NCBI RefSeq assembly: GCF_001194135.2
Contig: NC_068985.1
Location: 60,481,237-60,545,236, forward strand
From: Octopus bimaculoides
Taxonomy: Eukaryota
Direction: 5' to 3'
Length of the DNA stretch: 64,000 bases
The translations under genes were made by a program, and so were the position numbers. Positions 23,282-36,099 of this stretch are shown here, piece after piece. Below the pieces are notes generated by a model, which was given only the letters and a program-made list of their open reading frames with translations, searched no databases and was not told where the DNA came from. Numbering within the stretch: the first letter of the stretch is position 1; each line of letters begins with the position of its first letter.

Positions 23282-25189
23282 TACACACACACTCACACAC
23301 AGATGTGAGTATGCAATGCTTACCAAATCATCAAACAGCCCAGCTGAATTAATTGCTGTATAACAATACTCTACAGTTACCACTTGTCTCTGATATTTAC
23401 CGTCAGGTAATTACATATGAAATAAATGAAGATAAAAGATTGACAATGTGAATGTTCTCTCATAATTCTGATATCTGATAAAATTTCCTTTTATTTCCCT
23501 TCCACTTCAAACTATTTAGATTCCAAAGAAATGGTTTATTGTCTGCTGGAGATTGATAATGATAACTCCTTGCTTCATTGGCGTTTAGAACATTGTACAA
23601 TGAGACTTCTACCTACTTAAATGGCCATTCTTCTATCATAATGTTATTTATTGAACTTAATCAAATTCCTGAATGGAGAAATTGGTTTTAAATTCACTTC
23701 TGTTCCAAATGTTCACTAGAACTTACATTATAACAAAATTTTCACAAGACTTCTTCTGTGGAATCATATTTTAAGAAACAGGCTATAAAAACCGGGAAGA
23801 TGGCAGCAAAGACAGTTAGAATTTCTCTTGGAGTAAAGCCTGTTGAAAATAATGATGTATTTATTAAGAGGATTCTACCACCTTCTTCTCATCCCTCATC
23901 ATAAATCTTCAAGAAAGCCAGCCAGTGAAGGAACCTGTTTGTGATTATTCAATCTGCTAGAAACAGCAGCAAATCTTCCTGCTATCTTTAAAGAAAAAAA
24001 AAAAAGAAATGCATTAGATGTAGTCCTGGATATGTTCTGCATGAAAATATGATAGTCATGGCTAGAATGACTTTGATATTCCACAGGTTTGTGGCCTAGG
24101 GCCAAACTCACGTACAACTACACACTACCACACATACACCTTGACATACATACACATACATACTGACATATGCACACATACACATGCATACATATGTGCA
24201 GTGTTAGACAATTTCTTAGATACATTCATTCTTATAAAACTAAGTTATTCTTCACCTATCATCGATTCCATGTTTATTCCTGTGTCATGACCTTTGGAAA
24301 TACCACCAAAAGTTCTAAGTGCTACTGCAGTTTTTCCATGTTCTGTTAACCTTAAGTCTGCAGAAATTTACTATCAAAGTAAACAGTTTCAAGTATTGGT
24401 AATCAAAAAAAAGAGTTAAATGTGAGAGATTGCAAAATGAAGAGAAATTAAATATCTGAAAATAATATTATAGGATCTTAAGATTACAATTGTTCAGGTT
24501 ATGAATTTCATCTTCAGAGATAAATGGTGGATGGTGTCAGATGACAGTAGTTTGTGGCATTTGTTCCTGCTCATTATGTTGTAAGTTCAAATCCTGCAAA
24601 CTTATCCTTTCATTTTTCTAGAATCAATAAAATAAGGTACCTATTATTTTAGAATAACTGTGATTTTGTAATGGATGCTAGCTACATATTCATTGAGCAA
24701 AGATGTAAATGGTTAGAGTTTTCCTTCAGATCCATCACAGACAATTTGAATCTGTCATAGATATCTAGACAGAGCTCTTAATTCTCTCATCATAAATGTT
24801 GTTGTTTAGTTCCCACTTAGCTGTATGACTGGGGTTCTACTATAGCCATGGGCTGACCAAAGCTTTAGGAGTGAATTTGATAGGCAGAAACTAAAAAAGA
24901 ACTCTACTAGGTAGATAAATAGATGGATGATGGCTAGGTAAGTCAGTAGGTAGGCAGGCTGATAGGTGTGTGTCCACACACACACATACATACAATATAC
25001 ATATGCACATATGTGTACATGTGTGTATGTGGCTATACACACATATAAAATCAATTAAATCTTTGATCGACAACCTCCTAGCTATGGTCATTTCATATGA
25101 AAAGCTTAGTGAGTGGATTTGATAGGCAACAAGAACCCCATCCTGTCTGTGTGTTTATCTATCTATACACACAAACATACACACAGGCG

Positions 25190-25655
25190 CAGGCATGGCT
25201 GTGTGGTAAGAAGCTTGCTTCCGGGTTCAGTCCCAGAGCACCTTGGCACTTTGGGCAAGTGTTTTCTACTACAGCCTCAGGCTGACCAAAGCCTTGTGAA
25301 TGGATTTGGTAGAGATCAATAGAATAAGTAGCAGGCGTAAAAAAAGGAAAAAACAAGTATTGGGGTTCATTCATTTGACTAAAAATTCTCCAGGGTGGTA
25401 CTCCAAAATAGCTGCAGTCTAATGACCGAAAGAAGCCAAAGTTAGATGTGTGTGTTTGTGTTTCCTTGCCTTGACGTGTGTGATAGTTGTAAATTAGTGC
25501 AATGTCATTCATTTCCAATATTCTGAGAACATGTCTGGTCATGGGGAAATGTTAACTTGCTTGGAAACAGGTGAGGGTTGGCCACAGGAAGGACAGCCAG
25601 CCTTAGAGAATCTGCCTCAAGTATGGAAAAGTGGATGTTAAAATGATGATATATA
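25190..25655 (+). mobile_element. Composite SINE: A head, CR1-type tail, then RTE-type tail
   Basis: Head 25190-25315, CR1-type tail 25320-25435, (TG) spacer, RTE-type tail 25460-25655. Confidence 0.75.
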
Positions 25656-25769
25656 CACATGCACGTGTGCATGCACACACAAACACACACACACACACAC
25701 ACACACGCACATCATTAAATGTGTTTTTGCATAATTAAGACTCCATCATAAACTCAGTTATGTTCGTAG

Positions 25770-26690
25770 TTGTTTAGTCCCAAGTCAGCCCTGATTGAAC
25801 ACATGATCAAAGATAGTCCAGCCATGACCATTTCATTTTTTATTCAGACATTGTGTATATTAAGGACTTCCTGATCTAGAGTGCTCTTTTTACAAAGATT
25901 GTAGGGTGTGATTTGAAGACGGCTTTGTTGCTATTTCTAGTAGCTTAGTTGACCACGTTGAGACTTCACTGTTCTTATTATTGTGGTTTAGCCCCAGGCT
26001 GCAAATTTTTTTTCACACAAGAGTTCCGGACCCCAGTAATGAACTCAAGGGCTCACTTTGACCTTATTGTCAAGTTAACAAACTCACTCTACCAAGTAAC
26101 TTTAAGACAAAGAATGGTGTTGTAAGTTGACCGATTGCCAAATTATGCCTGATTTTAGGAGATAAGTAATTAGATAGATTTGCATCTATACCTATTATTG
26201 GATTTTGTTAGGGCCCCATATGGTAAAGATGTAAATGGGAAGAGTTTGGGTAGAGGATGATGTGCTAGCAATCCTCTCTCCTTACTGCTTTATAAAGTAA
26301 ACAATAACACAAATAACTACGCAGAGGCAGCTATAATTGAAACAAGAATAACAAGTATTCTTAAAAGAGAAAAGAAGCGTGGTCATTCCTCACCCAAGTG
26401 ACCTTATCTTATTGCTTATCACTTGTTATGCGCTCATAAATTAGTTTGAGAGTTGAGCTCTGATTGGTTGTATGCAAATGAGTTCTTAACTGGGGTCTGG
26501 AACTCTTGTGGGAAAAAAAATTTCGCTCCCAGGCCAACCCTTATTGTGCCGACAGACCTGTGACCAGAAGTATTTCAGTTGTGGTCATCCCACTTTTGGG
26601 GCTGCATTATCTGACATCACCTTTTTTCAAATTAGTGGGGTGTTATTTGAGGGAGATTTGGTTGTTGTTTCTAAAAGATCTTAGAACTAA
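25770..26690 (+). mobile_element. Dispersed repeat family F (gttgtttagccccaggtcagccctgat...gagggagatttggctgctatttctag), two copies, the second split by a MITE
   Basis: Other copies at about 1640-1800(-), 1840-2020, 4790-4920(-), 15560-15800(-), 15850-16110, 27255-27440, 28400-28790(-), 30450-30610(-), 40330-40430, 56410-56640(-) and 60700-60870(-). Confidence 0.7.
26003..26523. mobile_element. Unclassified MITE, about 520 bp, with about 45-bp TIRs
   Basis: aaattttttttcacacaagagttccggaccccagtaatgaactca versus tgagttcttaactggggtctggaactcttgtgggaaaaaaaattt; cccagg lies a few bases outside each TIR. Confidence 0.88.
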
Positions 26691-28829
26691 TTACATACAG
26701 GTTACCCCCAAGCTGTCATAAACATGTACCAAATCTTCTGTGTATATTAAAATGTGATAAAATAGTTCCTAAACTTTGATGCTTGAACTAAAAGTAGTGC
26801 CAGAGAGATAACAGCCATTATTGTAGTCTCTAGGGAGAATTTACTTCTTAAACAGAATTTAAACTATAGAATGTGGATCTCACACAATCTTTTATAAAAC
26901 TATTTCCTGCTCCCAATGCCTTGATTTTATTTTTTTCTTGATATTCCCAGTAGGTACAAGCATTACTCATCCTGTTTCATCTCCTACATTCCATTATAAT
27001 GGTAGGAGAATGTTCCTGGTTTTATTGTGATTAATAAGAGAGGAATTGTTGCAAAATAATTCTCTGCTATGGAGACATTCTTCAATCTGTCTGTCATCAA
27101 TTGCAAACATGTCACAGAACCAGTGAAGCATGACAAACCCTCTTCCTACCCCCCCCCCCTCCCTTCTAACAACAAGAACTGACACACTGTATTTACAACA
27201 CATAGCACTGACAATGTTCTTTAAACTTCAGTTCAGAAATTTCACACTTTTAAATGTTGTTGTTATTTAACCATAGGCCAGCCCTGATCTTACAGGATTA
27301 TGAGAAAAGATATTCCAACCACGACCACTCACCTTATTTTCAGGCATATTATAAAGTGAATATCCTTCACTTTTTAAGATGGGTAGGTTGGGTTTGAATG
27401 GAAGGAAATTTGGCTACTAATTCTACCAGGGTGAGTGAGATACCATATAGAGCAGAAGATTCCAATATTTTTACCATTGAATTTTGATAAATTAATTTTC
27501 TTTGTGACTCTTTATAAAAAAATGTTTAAGTTGAAACAATTTTCCGAAAATGGCGTGTACATAACATTTGATATTGTTCTTGGAGGAATACTCCCCAGTT
27601 TTTCTGCACAATAAATGTTGTGTTGTGGCCTGTATGCCTCCGATGACTCATTGTATAACAACATGTGTCCATGAATATTTTTATATTTTATCAAATATTT
27701 AAAACATACAATTCTTTTTATTACACCGCAATCTGAATTATTACACCGCAATCCACAATAAAGTGGGATTCACTGATGTGAAGGCTTCTTCAGCTAATTA
27801 TTGATTCATTTGATGCCCAGTAATTGAAATATGTGGATCAATGAGATAACAGAACCATTAACACTTGGGTTGCTAGTTAGTGTCTCATTGCACATAGCCA
27901 CAGAATATTTTGTTAATTAATTAATCAATACGTCATAACACTTTTGAATAATTTAAAATGTCACATTGGAGATATATTTTTCTGAGGCTGAAATTGTATT
28001 TTTATCGACAAAAGGTATCCCTTACTTTATGTTATAGCCTGTTTCATTAACCCTGAAGCATGATATGTCTCAACTCAGTTGGGATCAATGGATTGCAGAT
28101 GTTACCGAGATAGATTACCAAATTATTCAGAAGTCAAGGATTTATCTTTTAAATGGTCAATGAAGGTAATTATTTTAGAGCAGATTTTAAAAAAAGTAAT
28201 AGAACATTTGCTGATGGAGGAGAATCAGTATTAAAGGTCAATTTTATTAAAAAAATTTGTGCTGCCTGGGACTTTAAGTGTTGCCTAATGGTATTATTCA
28301 AATCTCAGTCAAAACAGATTAATCTTTTATCTCTTTAAAGCTACTTTAGTCTGGGCAATGGTTATTTTGTCACACAATGACATCACAGACATACATTTAG
28401 GTTAACACTCAGCCCCTTAGAAACTGCAGTCAAATCTCTCTGAAACTACATTTTACTACTTTAAAATCAGAAAGATACAATGGGTCATGTAGACTTTGAC
28501 ATACTGTCTGTAAAATAAACAATAGTATGATTAGGGTTGGAACGTTTTTGATTATATGTCTGCAGGTGCAGGGCTAACCTGTGGCTAAGCATCATTTAAC
28601 TGCATTTATAATTAAATTAATTAAAAATAAATATGCATGGTTTCAGAGCCTTCTAAAAAATAGCAGCCAAATTTCCCTGCCTTTTTAAAGGGGACGGGCA
28701 CATTAGATAATGTCGTTTTGGTTATTCTATAACTGAATAAAACGCTAGACAGATGATAAGTCTGCTGAATCAAGCCTGACCTAGCACTAAACATCAAAAT
28801 ATATACACGATTAGTTACTGCCAGTAGTG

Positions 28830-29950
28830 AATTTATTTCATTAATTATTCTATTTAGTATATTTTTAATTAGTGAAATTATACTAGCCCGGAATTATTTG
28901 CAATTGTTCTTCTGTCTGCAAAAATTTTTGTCGATGATCAGAAAATGTTCAGTACACTGAAACACATGTATAGTTGCTCGCCCGCCCTCTGACTGCAGTC
29001 AAAGATCATACTGGACTTTTCTTAGATATGTAAATTAACTTTGAGAGATTAATTATTAATTTCTTGATATTATCTCCCCTTTTTCCATGAACGTCGTTAA
29101 CGAGTGCTCTAAGCTCTTTTTGTTTTCTGTCTCCTACAAGATTGCAAATTTGAATTATAATTTTTTCTTTTTTTTACCGACAGCATTCAGTAGTAGATCA
29201 GCCTTTACCTGAATGTTATTTCCATTGCCTTACATCATGTTGGCTGGTTGAGCATCGTTATTTATTCTTGCTACTCCAGCAAATTCCTCCTCTACCATAA
29301 TCACCATTGTCGTAGATATTTACTATAATGTTCACAGGTTTTTTTTCTCCTATCTCCATCGACAATCAACCATCTGCACTTCTCTACTTCACTCTAACAT
29401 TTTTAATTTCCTCGTCATGCCTAAGGGAGTCTTCTTTTCTTCACTTCTCTTTTTGTTTAATTGTTTTTTTTTTTTTTAACATTATTTTAAAGAAAAGCTA
29501 TTCCCTTCTATCTCTTTTGTCATATGTCACCTTGTTGACATGCCGCCCGCCTGCTGATACTAATAATAATGCTAATAACGAAATCCAAAAAAGGTTACAT
29601 TGATTCAAGGTTTCATTTTATTTATTGTATTTTTCTTTACATTTCTGATGAATGCCGATTAATTTTTATCCTTTAACAGAACAATATAAATTTAGGCACA
29701 GAAAGAAAAAAAAACAGATAAAAGACAAACTAGAAAAATAGGAAGAAAAGAAACCTAATTGAATAGTTTCAATGTTGGGTAACAACACAAAGTGAGTCAT
29801 CGTAAACCATTGATTTTAGGGTTTCTGCTCGGGGGAGGAGGGGGGATTTACCGTCCTCCTCAGCTCGGCCTACTTTGTTTTCTCTCTCCTGTCTCTTTTA
29901 CTAACCACCGCTCCTCTTTTTCGTTGAGTCTCTTTCTAATTGCACTTCTG
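28830..29950. promoter_or_regulatory. CpG-retaining island, candidate promoter region
   Basis: About 20 CpG by hand count in 28981-29940 versus about 2 in 1-1000. GC-box-like cccgccc at 28981 and ccgcccgcc at 29543; largely free of SINEs. Confidence 0.45.
29680..29791 (+). other. Candidate exon with possible start codon (MLGNNT...)
   Basis: Acceptor tttttatcctttaacag| at 29679, donor AAA|GTGAGT at 29791/29792, ATG at 29772 preceded by an in-frame TGA. No downstream exon identified. Confidence 0.25.
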
Positions 29951-31404
29951 TTCTTTCTTTTGTTCCTCTGTTACCCTCTCTAATATTACTACATTCTCTC
30001 CTACTCTATCTCTTACTTTCATATATCTTTCACTAACCACCCCCTCTTTCTCGTTTAGTCTCTTTCTAATTATACCCCTTCCTTCTTCTCTAATCCTGCT
30101 GTCATCCTTTCTTATACTTTCTACCCCTTTATTCCTCCCTAACCATTCTTCTCTTTCACTTCCTCGAGCTTAACCCCTCCCAATTATTATTTTTTATTTA
30201 TTTCCTATTGTCTTCCGTCATTCCTTTCTATTATATGTTCTTGTTTTATCTTTCGTTCACTATCTTTTTGCTTGTATCTTTCCATCTCTTTTATTCTGCT
30301 TATTTCTCTTCTATCCTTTTCTCCATTTCTTCTCTTTATCCATTTCCTATACTTTTGCAAGTTTAACATCTCCATCCATCATCCTTGTGGCTTATAAAGA
30401 CATATTCCTTACACACTTCTTTTCATTTAACTCCAATAGTCTCTCTAACATTCTGAGACATCTATGTGGTAACTAGCTCTCGGAAATAGTGGCCAAATTT
30501 CCCTCAAGGCAGGAGACATATTAAGCAAAACTAAGTTGTTGGTAGATTAAACTGCTTGAGAATAAGATGGGATCGTCACGGCTGGAGCACCTTTGATCAT
30601 ATAGACTTGCTCAGCGTAGATTCTCCTTCATCTTTCATTAAACAATTGTTGCTGTCTATGTCTCTCCCTTTCTACACTATTTTAGGTCTCTCTTTCTCTC
30701 TCTCTCGTTGCTTTCCTCATTTTTCTCTTCTCCCTATCTTACTTTCTTTTTCTCTCTCTCTCCCTCTCATTCGCTCTGACATTTCTTAATCTTTCCTCTT
30801 TACATTACACCACTCTTCTTCCCCATTATGGTTTCTTTCCTTACACTTGCGTGAGTAGTAAAGCTAAACGTATCAGTTGTAATTTTTCCCGTTGGTTTGG
30901 ACATTAAAACAACCAAATGCAGACACGCACACGCACGCTTACATATTCTCTCCATCTCTCTCACTCTTTTCTCACTATCCCCTCTTTCTCCCCCCCCTCT
31001 CTCTCTCAGATACATGTATGCTTATGCACACAAGTATATTCATACATATGTACAGACGTATAGTCACACACTCACATACGCATACACAATTAGGGATTAC
31101 GGTGCCTCTGTGCAGTCGTTTTGCATGCTAGAAATACCTGCAAATACATTCGACAATTCATGAAATAAAACTACAAACAAAAAAACAAAGGACACAGTAG
31201 ATAGTGCAGTTAGTCCTTGGTATATAAAACCACAGTGGAAACATTTAGAACGTCTTCGATCGTAGTCGACTTGACCAGAATTGACCTGGGGTTAAACAAT
31301 AACAACATTAAACACAAATTATTACTAGCTTCAGAAACAATATTACCAGGACTTTATATTAAATATTGTTCAAAGTTATTTAAGTTCAATAATATTCGAT
31401 ATTA

Positions 31405-31630
31405 ATCAGATCTAAAGCGACGAGCTGACAAAATCGTTAACACACCAAGCAAAATGCTTAGCGGTGTTTCGTCCGTTCTTACGTCCTGAGTTCAAATTCC
31501 ATGGAGATCGACTTTGCCTTTCATCCTTTTGGGGGCGATAAAATAAGTACCAGTTGAGCACTGGGATCGATGTAATCGACTTAGTCCCCTCCTTGAAACT
31601 GATGGCCGTGTGCCAAAATTTGAAACCAAT
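31405..31630 (+). mobile_element. SINE family B, well preserved with CpGs intact
   Basis: aaagcgacgagctgacaaaatcgttaacac...gatcgactttgcctttcatccttttgggggcgataaaataagtaccagttgagcactggg. Further copies at 31990-32200, 32500-32670, 35030-35425(-), 44150-44360(-), 44905-45105(-), 46575-46965(-), 47640-47860(-) and 52295-52630. Confidence 0.9.
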
Positions 31631-31748
31631 ATTAATGAAATTTCAATATTATTATAGTTTAGTAAGGATTCAGTTGTATTCAGATCTCAACAATATTCAC
31701 TACTGTTCAGATCTGTGTTATTTAATATTAATCAAATATCGTTATTAA

Positions 31749-31958
31749 CTCTTTTAATACTAATCTGCCTGAGACTGCTTCTGGTTCTACAGCACAAACT
31801 TTCCATTTTAAAGTGATCTGAGAATATTCCATAAGAATTTTATGCTAATTTATTCCAAATACCAGCTTCATCGTAATATTTCACTAAATTCTTCATTATT
31901 TTCAAAATTAATTGAAACAGATGTGGTGTATCTCAACAAAAATATGGCAGCAAAAGGG
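31749..31958. mobile_element. TTAA-flanked (piggyBac-type) MITE
   Basis: TTAA at 31745-48, end caaaaggg|ttat; body homologous to 19049-19482. Confidence 0.75.
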
Positions 31959-33244
31959 TTATTCAGGCCTCATTATCTATTATTCATTCTAAAGGCTGCA
32001 AGCTGGCAAAATTATTAGCATGCCAGGCAGAATGCTTAGCAGCATATCATCTGTCTTTATGTTCAAAGTTCAAATTCTGCCAAGTTTGACTCTACCTTTC
32101 TTGTTTTTGGGGTTGATAAAATAAGTATCAGTTGAACAATGGGGTTAATGTAATTGACCACCAAAAAATAAATTGTTGCCCTTGTACCAAAATTTGAAAT
32201 CATTATTATTATTTATTATTGTTCAAATTCAGCTTTGTGGCAGGCAATGATAACTTTCTCAAAAATACACATTTTTCTTTAAGGTTTTTGATGGAGTAGA
32301 TTCTGATTATCGTGATAAAATTTTGAAAAATAGTAATGTATATTTATTGCAAAATATACAAATGAGAAATTTGTTTTATTTAATTTTACTTTGTTGGTAA
32401 TAATTTTTTTTTTTAAGAATAGTATTCATTTCATCATTTTGTATAAATATCATGAAATCTGATAAAAGTTAAATCATAATTATTCCCAGCTGGCCTTTTA
32501 TTTAATGACTAGTAGGTTGTCAGAATCAGCAGAGCTTCAAACAAAATTCCTGCATATTTATTTTGCAACTCTTTACATTCTGAGTTCAAATCCTGTCAAG
32601 GCCAATTTTGCTTTGTCTCCTTCCAGGGTCAATAAAATAAGAGTTATCAGTTGAATACTGAAATCAATTTAATGTTCATATAATAGAGATGTTTTGTGTG
32701 TTGTTAACATAAGGAGAGTTTTGACCCTATTTATTAAAATCCAATCAGAATCAATTTAACTTTTCATTCCTCTCGGGTTAGTAAATGAAGTAGCAGTAAT
32801 ATACAGGAGGGTTGATTCAATCAACACTGCTTATTGTGTGCATGAACGTGCAGGTGTAGTGGCTGTGTTTAAATCTATGTTATTTGTGAAATTTGTTACC
32901 AAGGAAATTGTTTAGTTAGTAACTTTCTAAATTGTATAAGGGTGCATGAAGTGTATTGTGAATGTGTCCAGTCAGTTTTTTTTTTTTTAACACATACAAT
33001 GGAATAGATTATTGTTTAAAGACATGTTTACAATGTGAATTTCTGTGTTAAGTTAATGGAGTCATTAATTTAAAGAAAAGTTTTATAGATGTTTCATAGC
33101 TGATATCTTAAATTTGGGCCAATTTACCATGAATAATTAAAAAATTTTATGCTCAAAATAGTTTTTAAAAAGATATATGAAAAAAAAACACCATTTGAGT
33201 GTGGCCGTTGCAGTACCACATGACTGGCCCTCATGCCGGTGGCT

Positions 33245-34904
33245 GAGCTTGTTTTAAGATTTACTCGTTCTACAAATCAATTTTCCCCATTGAAATTAAG
33301 TAAAATATAATTAATCCATTCCAGCCCACCAAAACCACCAAAAATAATTTCTTTATGGGTTTTGAAACAGAAAAGGTGTAGTTACAAGTAAAATGTCAGT
33401 TATAAAAAAGAGAATGCCTAAGAAATATGTAAACTGATTTTTATTACCTAAATTACCTTAAAGATGGGACGATATGTGTGCAAGGAAGACAATAGAACAA
33501 GCAGAAGGAGGATTACTGTTTGGAAGGAGAATCTCCTTCCATTAAAACTTCATGAAGAACAATTTCTGGTGTTTTCTCTCTCACTTGCCTTAATTTAGTC
33601 TTTTTGGATACACTTTCTTTGCTTTTTACACTTGCAGGTCATTTCATTAGAAACATATCAAGAGAATTCTGCTTTTTCCTGCCTTTCAAAATGTTACAAA
33701 AATGCGCCAGAGCAGTGTCATTAAATAAAGTAGCTACACGACCTGTAGCAACTTTTTCGGGATGATATTTTTCTCCAAATTCAGAAACATACTGCCACTT
33801 TGCCAACACTGCCTTTACTCGCAGTGATAGCATTCTCTGCTACACTTTCCTCCACTACACTGCCAGGCCATATCAATGATTTTCAGGCAGTTTACAATGT
33901 TGTAGTGCTCCTTTCAAAACTCCTGAAGGGTTAGATTTGCATTTTCTGTGACTTAAAAGCACTGACGAAACAAGTATTTGGTGTACAATTTCTTAAAATT
34001 AGAAATCACCTTGTGGTCCATGGACTGCAAGATAGGGGTGGTGTTGTGTGAAGGGTACATAACTTTTATAAATTTAAATTCGTCCAGGATATCATCTTCG
34101 AGGTTAGCAGGGTGAACAGGAGCATTGTCAAAGATGACGAGGGCCTTGAGAGGAAGATTGTTCTTCAGAAGATACTTTTTCACTGCTGGTCCTAAGACAA
34201 GGTTGACTCACTCGGAGAAGAATTGCCTTGTGACTTGGGCTTTAACATTTGCACTCCACATGACCTGCAGCTTCTTCTTCAGGATTTTGTGCAAACACTC
34301 ATGGCTTTTCAGAATGGTAGACAAGGAGTGGCTTAATCTTCAAGTCTCCACTCACATTGGCACAAAGGGTGAGAGTTAGCCTTTCTTTCAAGGGCTTGTG
34401 GTTTGGCATTTTATTCTCCTCTGTCTTGATCTCATCCTTTTTCTTCAGGATGGTGCAGATTGTCGATGTGCTTCGGTCGTATTGACGTGCTATGTCCACT
34501 ACATGCACTCCTCTCTCATGTTTATCAATGATTTCCTTCTTCAATTCTATCATAATCAGCTTTTTATTCTTCTCAGGACTGTCCTTTGCACTAACATTCT
34601 AAGGGCCCATGGTTAAACCAACTAATTATAAAATAATAGCAAAAAATGCACAAAACTAAACAAAAACACTGGAAAAACCCAACAGAGATGCTGCTACAAT
34701 GAGATAAACACGTGAACTGAGCAAGTGGAGACTGCACTTGTTGAGAGAGCATGTGCAAGATCAGCGCTGACTAGCGGTCGCATGTATGAAACTCGCTCAT
34801 ACTACGGATTTCCTCTTGTACTTCAAGACAAAAATTCACACAAGCCTCAACTCATGCAGCAAATTACTTATACAATGATGCACGTGTACAGTGAGGTTCT
34901 GCTG
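33245..34904 (-). mobile_element. Tigger/pogo DNA transposon with fragmented CENP-B-HTH/DDE_1 transposase
   Basis: Minus peptides IELKKEIIDKHERGVHVVDIARQY (HTH_psq-like), ERLTLTLCANVSGDLKIKPLLVYHSE, KALVIFDNAPVHP, NTTPILQSMD.KVISNFKKLY and the TIGD1-like C-terminus KGRKKQNSLDMF. Right terminus gaggttctgctg|TA; left TIR missing. Confidence 0.92.
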
Positions 34905-36099
34905 TATCTTAAGTGATCTTGTGCATTAAGGCTACTGAATTATTAGCAAACTGAATCTGGAAGAGTGCAATAATTTAAGGTCAAAACTCACAAATTTCCA
35001 GCCAAACAGTACAATAACTAATAGTTTTTTCTACTATAGGCACAAGGTCTGAAATGGAGGAGGGAGTTAGTTGATTACATTGACCCCCAGTGATCAATTA
35101 GGACTTATTTAATCTTTTCTCTAGGCACAAGGCCCGAATTTTTTGAGGAGGGACCAGTCGATTAGATCGACCCAAGTTCGCAACTGGTACTTAATTTATC
35201 AACCCCAAAAAGATGAAAGGCAAAGTCAATCTCGGTGGAATTTGAACTCAGAACGTAAAGACAGACGAAATACTGCTAAACATTTCAGCCAGCTTGCCGC
35301 CTTGGGACTTATTTAGTCAAATCCAAAAGGATGAAAGGCTGAATTGACCTTGGTGGAATGTGAACTCAGAACGTCGCTAAGCATTTTGTCTGGTGCGGTA
35401 ACGATTCTGCCAGTTCACTGCTTTATCACAATAACTAGCATTAAATAAACACATATCTCACATTAAATATTCCAACTATATCACTAGAGTGGGACTGAAT
35501 TTTTATTATTCTTTGTTGATTTTGTAAAATATTTTCATTAAATTTCTTTAAATATTCCATGTTAAAATGCAGCAATGATGCAAAAGAATTAATAAATTAT
35601 TGTTTTCAAATCACAAAAGTCTTTATTAATATACTTTTTAATTTTATTTTTCACATACCCTATCCCAACAAACCAAACTACATCTCCTCTTCTCTTCCTT
35701 ACGTTTCCTCATTTTCATGCACTATGCTTATCTCTTCCAATCCTGTCCTTACTACCCTGTCTATTCTATCATTGCTATCTTGTAGTGTCATCTCCCCCAC
35801 ACTTTGCTTTCATGTGAACCCCCTACTCCCTCATCCTTGGCAATACTCTACCATCCCATGTATATTCTGATCCCTGTACCTTGAAGGTGTGCCCTAGCAC
35901 ATTGCTACCAGCTCTCTCTCGCTCCCTCTCTCACTTTGTCTCTCTTGCACTCTCACATTTTCACTCTCTTCCACTCTCTCTCTCTCTCTTTCATTTTTGA
36001 TCACTTTCTCTGTCTTTCTCTCTCTCTGACTGTGTAACCAACAAGACATCTGTTTCTGTCCTGTCACAATCTAACCACTCATCACCTGGCACAAGGCCA

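Noticed and set aside
23740-23905. Short open frame MAAKTVRISLGVKPVENNDVF...
   Set aside because: About 50 codons, no splice context or recognisable family.
26953-27000. 48-nt splice-bounded segment (VQALLILFHLLHSIIM or TSITHPVSSPTFHYN)
   Set aside because: Frame is ambiguous and the donor (GTAGGA) only moderate; expected by chance.
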